Virus record (IMG/VR): IMGVR_UViG_3300013772_000006
Location: 2,596-66,595 of that record
Reading direction: 5' to 3' (one strand)
DNA length: 64,000 bases
DNA from: a virus
In this document: piece after piece, positions 10,466-19,346 of the stretch
Position numbering within the stretch: position 1 is the stretch's first letter
How the letters are laid out: every line of letters begins with the position of its first letter
Made by a program: the position numbers and the translations under genes
Notes under the pieces: model-generated
The model's input: only the letters and a program-made list of their open reading frames with translations
The model's database searches: none
What the model was told of the DNA's origin: nothing

Positions 10466-10995
10466 GCGAAATAGAGTTAGCTTGGGCGGCGGGATTCTTT
10501 GATGGAGAGGGAAATAGTAATTCCTCTGGGAGAACCTTTGCAATGCGGATATCCCAGGTCCATAGAGAAGTCCTCGACCGATTCTGTGCTGCGGTGGGGG
10601 CTGGTAAAGTATATGGCCCCTATCCAGCCAAACAGGAAAACCGACAACCACAATACCGGTATGAAGTGGCGGGCCTATCGGCCCGCCAGGTTTACGAAAA
10701 ACTTAGGCCATTTCTCGGCACAGTGAAAAAAGAACAGGCCGATAAAGCAGCAGCTTGGTATGATGCCACTATAACGAGACACTGTATACCACCCAATACT
10801 CGGGTCGAAATCCAGCAACTATATGAACAACACACCGACCCGCTTATCGGGGCGAAACGGCGTGGTGGAAAAATTCACTCAAAGGCGATATCCTTCTGTA
10901 AAAAATTTCCTACCCGGTGGAATATCACACCAGGTGGCCTCTATCAGCTTGTTAAAAAAATGGATAAAGGTACCCCATGCCAACCCCCTCTGTAA
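10462..10995 (+). CDS. LAGLIDADG homing endonuclease (single motif)
   Basis: ELAWAAGFFDGEG; LRPFLGTVKKEQA. Confidence 0.8.
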   Translation: MSEIELAWAAGFFDGEGNSNSSGRTFAMRISQVHREVLDRFCAAVGAGKVYGPYPAKQENRQPQYRYEVAGLSARQVYEKLRPFLGTVKKEQADKAAAWYDATITRHCIPPNTRVEIQQLYEQHTDPLIGAKRRGGKIHSKAISFCKKFPTRWNITPGGLYQLVKKMDKGTPCQPPL

Positions 10996-11747
10996 TTTTT
11001 ATAGATATCGAGACAGCCCCTTCCCTCGGTTATTTCTGGGGTAAACTTTATGACACAAACATCATAGAGGTTTCAGTACCGTGGCGGATGTTGTCTTTTG
11101 CCTTCAAACGCCAAGACGAAGACAAGATACATTGCCGCGCATTGCCAGACTATAAAACATTTAAACACGATAAAGAAGACGACAAAGAACTAATTGAAGA
11201 TCTACACGATCTCTTTGATGAAGCGGATATACTGATCGCCCATAACGGTGACCGATTTGACATCCGAAAAACAAACGCGCGTTTTATCATGCAGGGGTTG
11301 CGGCCACCCTCGCCATATAAAACAATCGACACCTTAAAAGCCGCCCGACGATTTTTTCTCTTTGAAAGTAATCGCCTTGACTCTCTTGGGCAATATCTTG
11401 GCGTTGGGCGCAAGCTGCCCCATACTGGGTTTGATTTGTGGAAGCGGTGTATGACAGGAGAAAAAAAGGCCTGGGACACCATGCGGGCGTATAACAAACA
11501 CGACATAGTCCTACTAGAAAATGTATACGAAAAGCTGAAACCGTGGATGAGTAATCATCCTGACTTGACGATCTATACTGACCAGCCGGGCTGCCCAACG
11601 TGCAGATCGACAAAAGTCCATCGTCGCGGGTTCGCCGTCAGCCGCAAGCGCAAGTATCGTCGCTACCACTGTGGCACCTGTGGGTCGTGGTTCCAAGGCG
11701 CGGTGATCAAGGCAGGCGAGAAAGTACCGGATAATCATGGGCACTAA
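10977..11747 (+). CDS. DEDD 3'-5' exonuclease (RNase H-like) with C-terminal Zn ribbon
   Basis: IDIET (ExoI), AHNGDRFD (ExoII), YNKHD (ExoIII), CPTC...CGTCG. Confidence 0.85.
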   Translation: MPTPSVIFIDIETAPSLGYFWGKLYDTNIIEVSVPWRMLSFAFKRQDEDKIHCRALPDYKTFKHDKEDDKELIEDLHDLFDEADILIAHNGDRFDIRKTNARFIMQGLRPPSPYKTIDTLKAARRFFLFESNRLDSLGQYLGVGRKLPHTGFDLWKRCMTGEKKAWDTMRAYNKHDIVLLENVYEKLKPWMSNHPDLTIYTDQPGCPTCRSTKVHRRGFAVSRKRKYRRYHCGTCGSWFQGAVIKAGEKVPDNHGH

Positions 11748-12189
11748 ACTAACAGCCGAAGAGCGCCATCAGCACAAACTTGACAACCACAATAGGTGGC
11801 AGACGAGAAACCCTACATACAACAAAAATTATTATATGAAAAATAGAGAAAGACAATTAACCCGCAGCAAACAAAATAGAAAAAACCTCAGTCCAGAAGT
11901 TCTAAAATATCGCATGCGAGAAATGACTCTTCGGCGACACGGGACGACAGATATAGAATACCAGACAAGACTGGCGGCACAACAGGGCCATTGCGTCTTC
12001 TGTAATGTAACGCCAGCCCAGTGCCGACATGGGGTCCTTCATATAGACCACGATCCTACCAAGAAAAAGGGTGAGCCAGGATATATTAGAGGCTTACTAT
12101 GCGTTGGACACAACACGGCGCTCGGAAAACTCGGTGACAACGAAGCGGGCCTACTTAAAGCACTCGCTTATATACGGGGAGAATTATAG
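11737..12189 (+). CDS. Endonuclease VII-type homing endonuclease
   Basis: QQGHCVFC...IDHD...IRGLLCVGHNTALG. Confidence 0.8.
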   Translation: MGTKLTAEERHQHKLDNHNRWQTRNPTYNKNYYMKNRERQLTRSKQNRKNLSPEVLKYRMREMTLRRHGTTDIEYQTRLAAQQGHCVFCNVTPAQCRHGVLHIDHDPTKKKGEPGYIRGLLCVGHNTALGKLGDNEAGLLKALAYIRGEL

Positions 12190-13643
12190 TGTCAATAAGT
12201 TTTACGGCTCCGAAAACTTGTGCGACATTCATGAAATCCGATGCCTTTGGCCGGATTATCGCGGGTCCGGTTGGCTCAGGAAAAACTACATCCTGTATTA
12301 TGGAATTATTTCGGCGAGCCATGGAGCAAAACCCCGGCAAGAACGGATTACGACACACGCGCTTTGCAATTGTCCGCCAAACCTTAAAGCAACTTCGGGA
12401 TACCGTGCTCCTCGATATACAAGGCCGACTGGGAGAGGTCGGACGTTGGATGGTGAGTACATATACGTTCCATTTAGAATTCGGCGATGTCCGGAGTGAG
12501 TGGCTTTTCGTGCCACTCGAAAATGCCGAAGATCAAGCCCGGCTCCTAAGTATGCAATTGACGGGGGCCTTTTTATCGGAAGCAATTGAAATGAACCTCG
12601 ATGTAATAGCGCCGCTCAGCGGTCGGCTGGGCCGATTTCCGGCGGGCGACCAAGGAAATTGCACATGGCACGGGTGGATAGCTGATACCAATATGCCAGT
12701 AGAACTTTCGCCGTGGCACCAGTTCATGACCGATCCGCCACCCAACGTTCAGGTATTTATACAGCCGTCCGGCTTAAGCCCTCTCGCGGAAAATCTAAAT
12801 TTTCTATTACAGACCGACGAAACTATGGCACTACCGTTTGACCACCCCGACCGAGTAGCACAGGGGCGAAAATACTACGAGCGCTTCGTAGAACAATATG
12901 GAGAGAACAGCACGTGGGTAAAGAGATACGTGTTCGCAGAGTTCGGCGACGACCCATCTGGCATGGCGGTGTTTCGGGAAACATTCAGAAGCGATTTTCA
13001 CGTCGCTCCAACTACAGAGCTTATACCAGGATATCCGCTTATCATTGGACAAGATTTCGGCCGTAACCCGTGGTCATTGATCGCACAGTTCGATCACATG
13101 GGAAGACTACTCGTCCACGAAGAAGTACCCGCACAAAACATGGGGCTTGAGAAACATGTCCAAGAAAACCTTCGCCCTCGTCTACTTAGCGATAAGTATC
13201 TGGGTTATCGAGTTGCCGTTGTCGGTGATCCGTCGGGCATTAATAAAGGCCAGACTACGGAAGAGTCGTGCTTCGACCTACTCAAACGCCTTGGCATCCC
13301 TGCCTTTCCCGCGGTTACTAATGACATTGAACCGCGCCTACGTGCTGTCGAAGCTCTACTTGGAAGACAGGTACAAGGAAAAGCGGCGCTACTGATCAAT
13401 GCCGAAGGGTGCCCCAAGCTAATCCGAGGACTGGCCGGCGGCTACCGGTTCACCCGTACGCGCGACGGCAAGATGAAGCCACAGCCCGAGAAGAACGATA
13501 AAGACGGGTTCTCGCACGGACAGGACACGCTGCAGTACGTCTGTCTGGTGGTGAACGGCGGGTTGGTGCCGGTGATCTCAAAGCTGCTATACCCAAAACC
13601 AAAAGTAGTGCGGCCCAAGTTCACGTCAGAGGCGTGGACTTAG
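12189..13643 (+). CDS. Terminase large subunit
   Basis: Walker A GPVGSGKT, Walker B GAFLSE, nuclease motifs GQDFGRNP, GDPSG, SHGQDTLQY. Confidence 0.92.
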   Translation: MSISFTAPKTCATFMKSDAFGRIIAGPVGSGKTTSCIMELFRRAMEQNPGKNGLRHTRFAIVRQTLKQLRDTVLLDIQGRLGEVGRWMVSTYTFHLEFGDVRSEWLFVPLENAEDQARLLSMQLTGAFLSEAIEMNLDVIAPLSGRLGRFPAGDQGNCTWHGWIADTNMPVELSPWHQFMTDPPPNVQVFIQPSGLSPLAENLNFLLQTDETMALPFDHPDRVAQGRKYYERFVEQYGENSTWVKRYVFAEFGDDPSGMAVFRETFRSDFHVAPTTELIPGYPLIIGQDFGRNPWSLIAQFDHMGRLLVHEEVPAQNMGLEKHVQENLRPRLLSDKYLGYRVAVVGDPSGINKGQTTEESCFDLLKRLGIPAFPAVTNDIEPRLRAVEALLGRQVQGKAALLINAEGCPKLIRGLAGGYRFTRTRDGKMKPQPEKNDKDGFSHGQDTLQYVCLVVNGGLVPVISKLLYPKPKVVRPKFTSEAWT

Positions 13644-13773
13644 TACCCGTAAAAATCCTTCACTATACGCATATGCTTAGCCCACTTCCAGTCGGGCTCA
13701 TTTAACAGCGCATGCAATATTCGGTGACGAGCGATCGCGCACTCGCGCATGATATGCCATATTCCTGCTGGTG

Positions 13774-14424
13774 TCATTTCACTAGCGGCCCTAGATAAGT
13801 ATGTCCTAGTGACAAAAGATAAAATACCATGGTACCCCCAGTCACAATCCAGGCAAATAGTTCGCGCTTACCCAAGCCCTCGCCCGTCGCTTGGCTTGTC
13901 GCTATTTTTAACCCAGCAACGCTCTGGGCCATAGCTTCGAGCGCGGCCGCGGTCTTTTGACCAAAAGCATCGAGAGCCTTGGTAAAATCACTGCGGGTAA
14001 CGATCTGTTCGGACGCGAGACTAGCCAGCGCCGACGCTAGAGCTGGATCAGCCACACTAGACCGGCCAATCTGGGTCAAGCGGAACTCTTCCAATTTTGC
14101 CACGCGGATATCAAAACTGGTTTGAATTTGAACAAGCTGGGAGTACACAAGATCAGACTTTTCCTTCACGGCACCCGAAAGAATGGCCGATACCTGGTTC
14201 TCAGATGCCTGTCGTGTATCGGCTAATTGGGTGTCATAATACCGGCGGAGCTCGGCCAATTGGTCAAGACGGATCGTCTCAGCATCCCGCATAGCGTCTT
14301 GGTGACGACTCTCGGCCGCCACCAACTCCGCCACATTTTGCGTTGGGTCCCCACCAAATGTGGAAATCCTACGTTTCGGGTCTTGTACAATAGGCATTAA
14401 AAATCGCTCCCGCCACCCTACCAT
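13774..14424 (-). CDS. Coiled-coil protein with C-terminal transmembrane helix
   Basis: Helical body, hydrophobic C-terminus LFAWIVTGGTMVFYLLSLG; start may be 14397. Confidence 0.55.
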   Translation of the reverse strand: MVGWRERFLMPIVQDPKRRISTFGGDPTQNVAELVAAESRHQDAMRDAETIRLDQLAELRRYYDTQLADTRQASENQVSAILSGAVKEKSDLVYSQLVQIQTSFDIRVAKLEEFRLTQIGRSSVADPALASALASLASEQIVTRSDFTKALDAFGQKTAAALEAMAQSVAGLKIATSQATGEGLGKRELFAWIVTGGTMVFYLLSLGHTYLGPLVK

Positions 14425-14459
14425 CCCCCGCCGTTATATTCGGGCAGGGGCTCGACCCT

Positions 14460-14491
14460 AAGCTAGGTGATTATGATTAAAAAGGCATTAA
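14460..14491 (-). promoter_or_regulatory. CtrA-box-type promoter
   Basis: - strand TTAA-TGCCTTT-TTAAT-N10-TAGCTT. Confidence 0.65.
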
Positions 14492-14496
14492 TCCAC

Positions 14497-14862
14497 CTAG
14501 CTAACCTTGTCCTCAGAGGTCGGGCAGGAAGCAACCAGCTGCACCTGTTTTAGCAGGCCCAGACGCTCAATCTCACCAAAACCAATCAACTGTACCTTTG
14601 CCTCGGCCAGACGCTCAGCGGTCAGCTTTTGTGCCTTCTCTAGATCAATCAGCCGGGAAATAACCTGAAGCTGACTAAGATAAACATTAAAGGAAATCGC
14701 CGAGGTGAGCAGTCGGGCAAATGGCTCCCTCATAATCTTCCGATCAAAGCCATCGAGAACCGCCATGGCGGCACCGGCTTGCAATTGGTCAATAGTAGTA
14801 GATGCACATGGGATAGACAAGGAAGCAAGCAGATAGCCCTCATCAATTTGGGGGTCAGCCAT
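14497..14862 (-). CDS. Hypothetical protein
   Basis: ORF coupled to the upstream regulator; likely start MADPQ at 14862 after GGAGGG. Confidence 0.5.
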   Translation of the reverse strand: MADPQIDEGYLLASLSIPCASTTIDQLQAGAAMAVLDGFDRKIMREPFARLLTSAISFNVYLSQLQVISRLIDLEKAQKLTAERLAEAKVQLIGFGEIERLGLLKQVQLVASCPTSEDKVS

Positions 14863-15448
14863 TCTCACCCTCCGGTGCATTGAGGCGAGTGACAAAATTA
14901 TCCAGCAGTAGGGTAGCCTTTTTCCGCATGTCCGGGGTCATATAGTAGCCCGACGCCCACTGTGTCTCGATCTCTATGCCGAACGGGACCAGACGCTTCC
15001 GTAAATGGCAAACAACCACGTCGACCATCTTGGGGTCGGTTTCTTCCTTGTTTGGCTTGCGCCGGCCCTCTATGACTTGGTGGAGGGTGTTCTTGATCAC
15101 CTCGGTGCGCTTGATCAGGACGGCAAAGAGAGCGGCCTGCAGCTTTGTCACCTTGAACAAACGGGCAATATTGAAGATGGTCTTCTCTTCATCCAGCTTG
15201 GGCTTACCCAAGGCGTCGGGTATCCGGTGGTCACGTAGTACATTAACCGGCCAGTCGTCCCGTGGCATGCAGACGATCTGCCCACAGTCGATCGCTAAAT
15301 GGAGGGCATCCCGGACATCCTCGGATGCATGTTTGATCGCTCGAGCGATCGCTCGTACTGGGACACCTTCGTCAGCTAAGCGTACGGCAATGGAAGCGAC
15401 TACCGGGTTAAGAGGTTCCTCGGTATTAGGGATCGATGGGGTAGGCAT
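14855..15448 (-). CDS. Transcription regulator: N-terminal HTH plus CtrA-like OmpR winged-helix, no receiver domain
   Basis: PKMVDVVVCHLRKRL...IETQWASGYYM matches the CtrA C-terminus (LKIIDVFICKLRKKL...IETVWGRGYVL); N-terminal LADEGVPVRAIARAI is HTH-like. Confidence 0.8.
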   Translation of the reverse strand: MPTPSIPNTEEPLNPVVASIAVRLADEGVPVRAIARAIKHASEDVRDALHLAIDCGQIVCMPRDDWPVNVLRDHRIPDALGKPKLDEEKTIFNIARLFKVTKLQAALFAVLIKRTEVIKNTLHQVIEGRRKPNKEETDPKMVDVVVCHLRKRLVPFGIEIETQWASGYYMTPDMRKKATLLLDNFVTRLNAPEGENG

Positions 15449-15474
15449 TAAGCGGTCCTTTGCAAAAGCCACCC

Positions 15475-15507
15475 ACCGTAGTTCCCCGCTGGTTAATAAT
15501 TAGTTAA
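15475..15507 (-). promoter_or_regulatory. Perfect CtrA box promoter upstream of the CtrA-like gene
   Basis: - strand TTAA-CTAATTA-TTAAC-N11-TACGGT. Confidence 0.75.
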
Positions 15508-15520
15508 TAACCAGTTTACT

Positions 15521-15691
15521 TCAAAACGGTGGCGACGGATATGCTGTTGGTACCCCGCCAACTAATACGGTCGGCGGATCGGTATTCGGGTCTGGCCCAT
15601 TTACAATCGGCGTAACCACTACCGCAATATGCCTGGCGTGCCCCGCGGCTCGCTTGGCATCTTTTGCAGCTTGATCAGTAGCGAGTGACAT
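15521..15691 (-). CDS. Small hypothetical protein (56 aa)
   Basis: GGAGG RBS before ATG 15691 (MSLATDQ). Confidence 0.55.
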   Translation of the reverse strand: MSLATDQAAKDAKRAAGHARHIAVVVTPIVNGPDPNTDPPTVLVGGVPTAYPSPPF

Positions 15692-15818
15692 TTTATCCTC
15701 CATTACCCTCGTGCATCGAAACCCCCAAGTAGGTCCAGCAGGGCGCATCCCCCATTGGCCAAGCCGCTAGTGCGGCGCCGGATGGCCCCGCCAGACCCGG
15801 TTTGACCATGACAGAGAT

Positions 15819-15847
15819 ATATTACCAAAATATGAAGGGGTTGGCAA
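15819..15847 (-). promoter_or_regulatory. Sigma70-type promoter overlapping a terminator-like hairpin
   Basis: TTGCCA-N17-TAATAT; hairpin GGGGTTGGCA/TGCCAACCCC at 15837-15862. Confidence 0.6.
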
Positions 15848-15892
15848 GTTAATGCCAACCCCCTTGGTTTCGACTTGCGGGCGACCCGCGGT

Positions 15893-16300
15893 TTACAAGC
15901 CGTACAGGTCGATAGTGCCAGTCGTACCAGTCGCACCAGTTACAACAGGAGCGATGGTCGATTTATGAACCTGCGCGTCCGCCGACTGGATAGCCGCATT
16001 CTGCACCGCCCGCTGAGTGGCATCAATATTCTCGGGCTTGTTAGCTTCCTGAGCAGCGAGCGCAACAGCACCAGTTGCACCACTTACAGCATGGTCGATT
16101 ACTGATTGGCGGGCCTGAACATCCGCCACATTCTGCGTGGCACGCTGAGTGGCATCAATTGCCTCAGGCGTATAAGGACCAGTAACCCCATAGGGCTGCA
16201 CGGGCGGGTTAGTACGATATTGGCCAGTAAGCCCCTGTGACGTAGCCGCGTACTCCGCGGCGCGACGGTTAGCCTGATCTTGATCATCTTTTAACGACAT
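15893..16300 (-). CDS. Ala/Gln/Thr-rich protein with internal repeat
   Basis: IDATQRAxQN twice, short GVTG/GATG motifs; AGGAG RBS; upstream half-site TTAAC-N10-TATGGT (16384-16364). Confidence 0.6.
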   Translation of the reverse strand: MSLKDDQDQANRRAAEYAATSQGLTGQYRTNPPVQPYGVTGPYTPEAIDATQRATQNVADVQARQSVIDHAVSGATGAVALAAQEANKPENIDATQRAVQNAAIQSADAQVHKSTIAPVVTGATGTTGTIDLYGL

Positions 16301-16399
16301 AGAACTCTCCTGTTAAGGAGGAGCCACCGGCCCGTAAGGGACCGGTTGCGCCGGTGAACCAGCACCATACCATATCCCGGTTAATAAATCAAGTACAGA

Positions 16400-16924
16400 T
16401 TAGGGTAGGTTTTCCAGGTACTCGTGCAGCAAGCCACGGAGTGCTAGGCGACTAAGACCCGTCACATAGAACGGATAGTCCTCGCTATCGTCCTGTTTGA
16501 ACTCGATCATGCCGATAAACATGGATACCGGCTTAACCTTTCCTTGTTCGATGTCCTTAATTAAACCTTTGAGCATATTAAGCGGCGTATCTTCGTCCGG
16601 CGGAATAGGGGCCCCTTTTAAGTCGGCATAGAGCAGGGTGGTGGTTTTCTCGTCCAAGTACGTCCGTAGGGAAATAACCTCTTCATCGGTCAATTTATAC
16701 TCGATCACTCCGGTAGACGACAGCGGTGCCCAACCGGGGCCAACGGTAGCCGCCCCCGTCGGGCGCTTACCAAAACTGGCGTTGGAACCCTGCGCGACAT
16801 TCGGCGGTACGTTACTGGCCGGTAAAGGGGGAAACGGGAGCACCTTGGGGGGCGCCTTACCAAAATCCTGCGGCAGGGGGAGGATGTCGCCGAGATCAAT
16901 TGGTTCATTAGGATCTTTGATCAT
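16400..16924 (-). CDS. Hypothetical protein
   Basis: 174 aa ORF in the leftward gene string. Confidence 0.55.
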   Translation of the reverse strand: MIKDPNEPIDLGDILPLPQDFGKAPPKVLPFPPLPASNVPPNVAQGSNASFGKRPTGAATVGPGWAPLSSTGVIEYKLTDEEVISLRTYLDEKTTTLLYADLKGAPIPPDEDTPLNMLKGLIKDIEQGKVKPVSMFIGMIEFKQDDSEDYPFYVTGLSRLALRGLLHEYLENLP

Positions 16925-16926
16925 GT

Positions 16927-17074
16927 GGCCTGAGCCTTTACCAGCTTGGCAATATAGGCCGCGTCGGCCTTCTTGCGGTCATTGCGGCGCTTGGTCCGGG
17001 CCTGAGCCTTTACCAGCTTGGCAATATAGGCCGCGTCGGCCTTCTTGCGGTCATTGCGGCGCTTGGTCCGGGCC
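16927..17074. repeat. Perfect 72-bp tandem duplication
   Basis: Two identical units starting at 16927 and 16999, in frame in ORF 16921-17145 (ARTKRRNDRKKADAAYIAKLVKAQ twice). Confidence 0.95.
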
Positions 17075-17153
17075 GGGTCATCGGACTTATTGACATAGGT
17101 GTACAAGCCCTTTTGTATCTTTATAAGATGACATTGTTGGCGCATTTGTCTAC

Positions 17154-17348
17154 CTATAAGTCGTATTCGTCAGTCGTCGTCCAGGCATAGAGTTCGAGCT
17201 CGGTCCGCAGCTTGTACACGCCAATTGTAACGACTTCGTTAACCTCGGCATGGCAACTGGTATCCTCGTTGGCGATAAAATAGGTGTCATCACCGTCGAC
17301 ATCACGTTTCACATATAGTGTCTTCGGGAACTTTTCGTCTTTGGACAT
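17154..17348 (-). CDS. Small hypothetical early protein
   Basis: AGGAGG RBS; TTGACA-N17-TATTGG promoter at 17401-17373. Confidence 0.6.
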   Translation of the reverse strand: MSKDEKFPKTLYVKRDVDGDDTYFIANEDTSCHAEVNEVVTIGVYKLRTELELYAWTTTDEYDL

Positions 17349-17591
17349 GGGGGTGTCCTCCTGTTTAGAAGACCAATAGCAAAACCGTGTTACCGTGTCA
17401 AGCAGGTCCCCCACCCGTTTGCAAGCAGTGACGAGGGGGGCTTAGCTTCAAGGAGCGGGCCCAGACCCAACGCCGGCAAAATAGAGGCCGGCGGCAATGA
17501 TAGCGAGCACTACGAGAATTGCTACGCCTTTAGGGTCGACCGCCGTCTTTGACGGGCGTTTTGGCCGTTTTATAGGTCGTTTCCCCATGGC

Positions 17592-17825
17592 TTAGCCCGG
17601 TGGCGGATTACGGGGTGGGAACCAAGTGAACCCGGAAAAGGCGGGATAGAGCAGCCTTACCAGGATCAAGATTGCCACCAATGTTAGAATCGCCAGGAGT
17701 ATCTGGACAACGTGTGGCGGCAGGGCAATCCCCAGAACTCCTAGGAACCACACGATAACAAAGAACGCCAGTACCAGAAAGCCCAGGTAGATCAGGGCTC
17801 GGATTACGGCTTCGAAGAGGTTCAT
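17592..17825 (-). CDS. Small two-TM membrane protein
   Basis: Two hydrophobic helices separated by LPP. Confidence 0.65.
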   Translation of the reverse strand: MNLFEAVIRALIYLGFLVLAFFVIVWFLGVLGIALPPHVVQILLAILTLVAILILVRLLYPAFSGFTWFPPRNPPPG

Positions 17826-17866
17826 GTTACACCTGTTGTAAACGGGAGGCTACTATGCCTCCAGCT

Positions 17867-18220
17867 TTATGTATTTTTACTTAATTGTGGGTATCGCTTG
17901 GCCATCGCCGTCGCCTTAAGCCGCTTGGCCTCAGCCTCGAGTTCATCGATTGTTTGTGTCAATTTTATTTGCACCGCGGCATCCGTCGACCATATATCTA
18001 ATTGCTCGTCCGTCATTTCAAGCCGGTCATTGGGAATTGACATCCAGCAATATTTAAGCTTGGGTACCCCCGGATAGGTAAAGGCCATTTTGAACCAAGT
18101 ACCCGTATACCCTTCGGGACTACTATTCGTAATATCGTGTAGGGAGGCATCGGCCGTCGCGAAATAGGCCGGCAGCTTGGCGTCGATCGCCTTTTGGATC
18201 TGTAGGGCGGTTATTTTCAT
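17867..18220 (-). CDS. Hypothetical protein
   Basis: 117 aa ORF in the leftward gene string. Confidence 0.5.
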   Translation of the reverse strand: MKITALQIQKAIDAKLPAYFATADASLHDITNSSPEGYTGTWFKMAFTYPGVPKLKYCWMSIPNDRLEMTDEQLDIWSTDAAVQIKLTQTIDELEAEAKRLKATAMAKRYPQLSKNT

Positions 18221-18386
18221 GGCCGAAGCATCAGGTGCTGTTTAATATATTTAAGTGCTTCCTCTATCGTAGTGCAGGCAAATACGGGATGCTCGGTACA
18301 AAACTGGTGATCAGAGGCACCGGATATGGTATAGCCACCGTCGGATAGAGCGGTTATAATAAAGCGCCAAGAGGTTGCGATCGGGG

Positions 18387-18608
18387 TCATTGCCGGGGAG
18401 CTCCGTCAGGTTGCCGGGTTATAGCCACATTTATCCACATGGCCAGAGAGCGCAGCTCCCGCAGGATGAAGGTCTTATCGGGACTGTCGGGTAATTCAAG
18501 TTCCAACAGCCGACAGTAGTCCCCGTTAGCCTTGTGGAACGTGGCCATCTGTAGGATCTGGGCGGGGGTGGGCTTGAGATATTCGAACGTCGTGGGGTGT
18601 AGGGGCAT
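18387..18608 (-). CDS. Acb2/Tad1-like helical hairpin protein (putative nucleotide-signal sponge)
   Basis: TFEYLKPTPAQ...ELPDSPDKTFILRELRSLAMWINVAITR fits the FxYxxP..Q...PxSxxK...L...MWxNxAIxR pattern. Confidence 0.55.
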   Translation of the reverse strand: MPLHPTTFEYLKPTPAQILQMATFHKANGDYCRLLELELPDSPDKTFILRELRSLAMWINVAITRQPDGAPRQ

Positions 18609-18626
18609 GACCTTGTTACCTTTTTG

Positions 18627-19115
18627 TCAGAGTGGTGGCAAAGTTGGAATATCCGCGTATGGGTCAACCGTATAGACCTTAATCTTTCGAACAGCGTTGT
18701 CAAGCCAGTCGTCCATATCCTTGCCGGTAAGCCGGCTCACAAAGTAGAAAAAGTGCCGGCGCGGCTCGCGGCCGGTGGCTATCATGACCTTGAAGATCCG
18801 CTCCGTGCCCTTTGGGGTGTCAACCAGCTCGATCTTGGGCGGGTTCGGGAACTGGAACTTAGGCCCTAATTTGACCTGGAGGACCTTGGCTATCGTGTCG
18901 GGGGTCAGGTTTTCATAGAGGGCCATATTGAAAAATACCCGTTTTCTGTCGCTTTTTGAGTATGTGACAAGGTAGCACGCTGGGTTCCGGTGATCAGCAC
19001 GGTCCAATAGGTGCCACCTTGCTGGAGTCCGAGTCATCAGGTCCAAATCCATGGCTGAGTGCGAACTCTCATTTACCCGCTGCCTGCATGCCAAGGAACG
19101 GGGACCACGGACCAC
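18627..19115 (-). CDS. Hypothetical protein
   Basis: ORF downstream of TTGACA-N17-TACAAA (19150-19122); start uncertain. Confidence 0.5.
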   Translation of the reverse strand: MVRGPRSLACRQRVNESSHSAMDLDLMTRTPARWHLLDRADHRNPACYLVTYSKSDRKRVFFNMALYENLTPDTIAKVLQVKLGPKFQFPNPPKIELVDTPKGTERIFKVMIATGREPRRHFFYFVSRLTGKDMDDWLDNAVRKIKVYTVDPYADIPTLPPL

Positions 19116-19346
19116 GGGAACTTTGTATCCCCCTTATATCAGGATGTCAAGGGTGCCTTTGCTTTCCAGTAATATTCCCGGCTTTGGCGCCGTCGGTGTG
19201 CCAGGTTGGCCCACCTATAGGCGGCATTGATGGCCTTTTTACAGGGGGTACAATAACAGATATCGACCCCATATCGCGGGCCCCTACATCGGGGGCACCG
19301 GTTTAGTTTACGCGCGGTCATGGGTTAAGGGTTACACCTTGGGCCC

